A stretch of 64,000 nt of DNA. Origin: Podarcis tiliguerta (taxonomy: Eukaryota). The DNA is taken from the NCBI GenBank assembly GCA_965153285.1, contig OZ229114.1. One strand, written 5' to 3'. The position numbers and the translations under genes are program-made. Under the pieces are notes generated by a model. It was not told the origin of the DNA, did no database searches, and saw only the letters and a list, made by a program, of their open reading frames with translations. Below, one piece after another: positions 62,593 to 64,000 of the stretch (the stretch's first letter is position 1; every line of letters begins with the position of its first letter).

Positions 62593-64000
62593 GTGTTTTG
62601 AAATCAACAGTTAAACCATAGTAATTTGGTTGAAAACCTTAGCATTATCTGATCTGAATGGGGCTTACTTTCCACTAAGTTCAGACGTAGGTGTTATTTT
62701 CACTGGAAGGAAATTTTATTGGCTAATTGAAATTGAAAAAGTGGTGGTTAGAAAGATCAAGCCCAATATCTAGAAAAGTTGAGCACGTGTCATATGCATG
62801 GCATACAGCTGCTTCTGTTTAGTTCCCCACCCACATACAAACAATAAATACTAAACCCTTCTTCCGCCTGACAACCAGATCAAAAATTAATTCATGAACT
62901 CTTGCAGGTCAAGCTAAGCAGAAAAGAACTCTTGCCAAAATCTAGATTTCCCTTGCGCTGGCATCAACAATGGGACGAATACGATCCAATTTTCTCAAAA
63001 TGATCTATCATTCACAACTTGACCTCATCATGCACACCAAAAATATGGAGTTGTCCATCTACTTTGACATATTCATTTCACTGTGTTAAAAATGCATTCA
63101 TCATATTTCTCATATTATTCACATTGTTCTTGATAGATGATAGCAAAATTGTGCTAGCCTTAGATATATTTTTAAAAAATGCCTGAATATAAGAAATGGC
63201 ATTCTTTGCCAGGAGTCCCAAAAAAATGCAAAAGCAGTATCTTTTTCTTTTTTAAAAAAACTGTTCTCTACTTGTCATTTTCTTAAATGTTCTTCCTGTT
63301 ATATTCATGTTAGCGAAAAGCCCATTTGTGCCACAAGTTGTGAGGGTCATCAAACCTCCCTTCTAGTGCCTTGGCTGCCATTGGTTCATTTGTCTTGACA
63401 TCACAGGTCCTATTCATGCATTCAAAAGGCCAACCCAATGTTCCCCGCTTGAGCAGGAATGTCTGAAGGGGCTTCTAAGAACATTTGACTGAGCACTTAT
63501 GAGCCTCTTTGCAATCAGGAATCCTGCCTATTAGGAGCTTTAAAGTCCCCAATTGCCACGTCTTCTTTCCAAAGTGAATCTGATGTGATAGGAATCCTCC
63601 ATTATTGTTTTTTTTATTTCTGATTTTTTGTAGAGATCACTGTGCTTTGGCAGTTCATAGTAGCTTTCAATTTATTTGCATTCTCTCCCCACACCCCATG
63701 CTTCCCCCACATATGTTTGTACTGCGCTGACCTTGCCTGTGCCCTGCCCCACCAACTGCTACTGTGAATCAGTCTTCATAGGAGATGCTGCAGTCCTATG
63801 CCCCAAACAAATTTGAAATCAGATAAGGGAATCTAAGCTGGGGTTTAAATACAGAATTGTTCACTACATGTACATACTGCATTTCATTCTGATATCTGAC
63901 TATTCAATTGTGTTAAACTAAAAGCAATGCTTTGCTCACTGAACTGCAGAAATGAATGGATTCCATATAGTAGCTAAATGACACTCCATGATTGATATGT

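Noticed and set aside
62940-63010. Minus-strand peptide LRKLDRIRPIVD resembling the piggyBac KIRP motif
   Set aside because: Bounded by stop codons, with no other transposase blocks, TIRs or TTAA TSD.

Overview
Vertebrate non-coding DNA (intron or gene desert). The repeat mix (CR1, L2, BovB, Rex1/Babar, Penelope, tRNA-SINEs, Tigger/Tc2 and hAT MITEs) points to a squamate, probably a lacertid lizard; this is an inference. I found no host protein-coding exon that I can support, and nearly all short ORFs in the track look like noise. The two real coding stretches belong to transposable elements. One is the uninterrupted 3' end of a Ty1/Copia pol (RT/RNase H) with PPT and 3' LTR at 1-1131. The other is a young, 5'-truncated CR1 LINE with an open 832-codon ORF2 remnant at 52105-54700 (minus strand). 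The window also holds two solo LTRs with perfect 5-bp TSDs, several nested TE stacks and many MITEs with recognisable TIRs and TSDs. The most unusual signals are: (i) a Penelope fragment carrying a minimal hammerhead-ribozyme core (26885-26922); (ii) a 57-bp exact inverted copy 21.5 kb apart that looks like a microsatellite-primed templated insertion; (iii) an apparent ~750-bp inversion that splits a Tigger MITE; (iv) an 84/85-identical inverted repeat; (v) an RNA stem that encloses the Copia PPT; and (vi) several TE-free, motif-rich blocks that may be conserved enhancers. TE family names come from recognising motifs, not from database searches.
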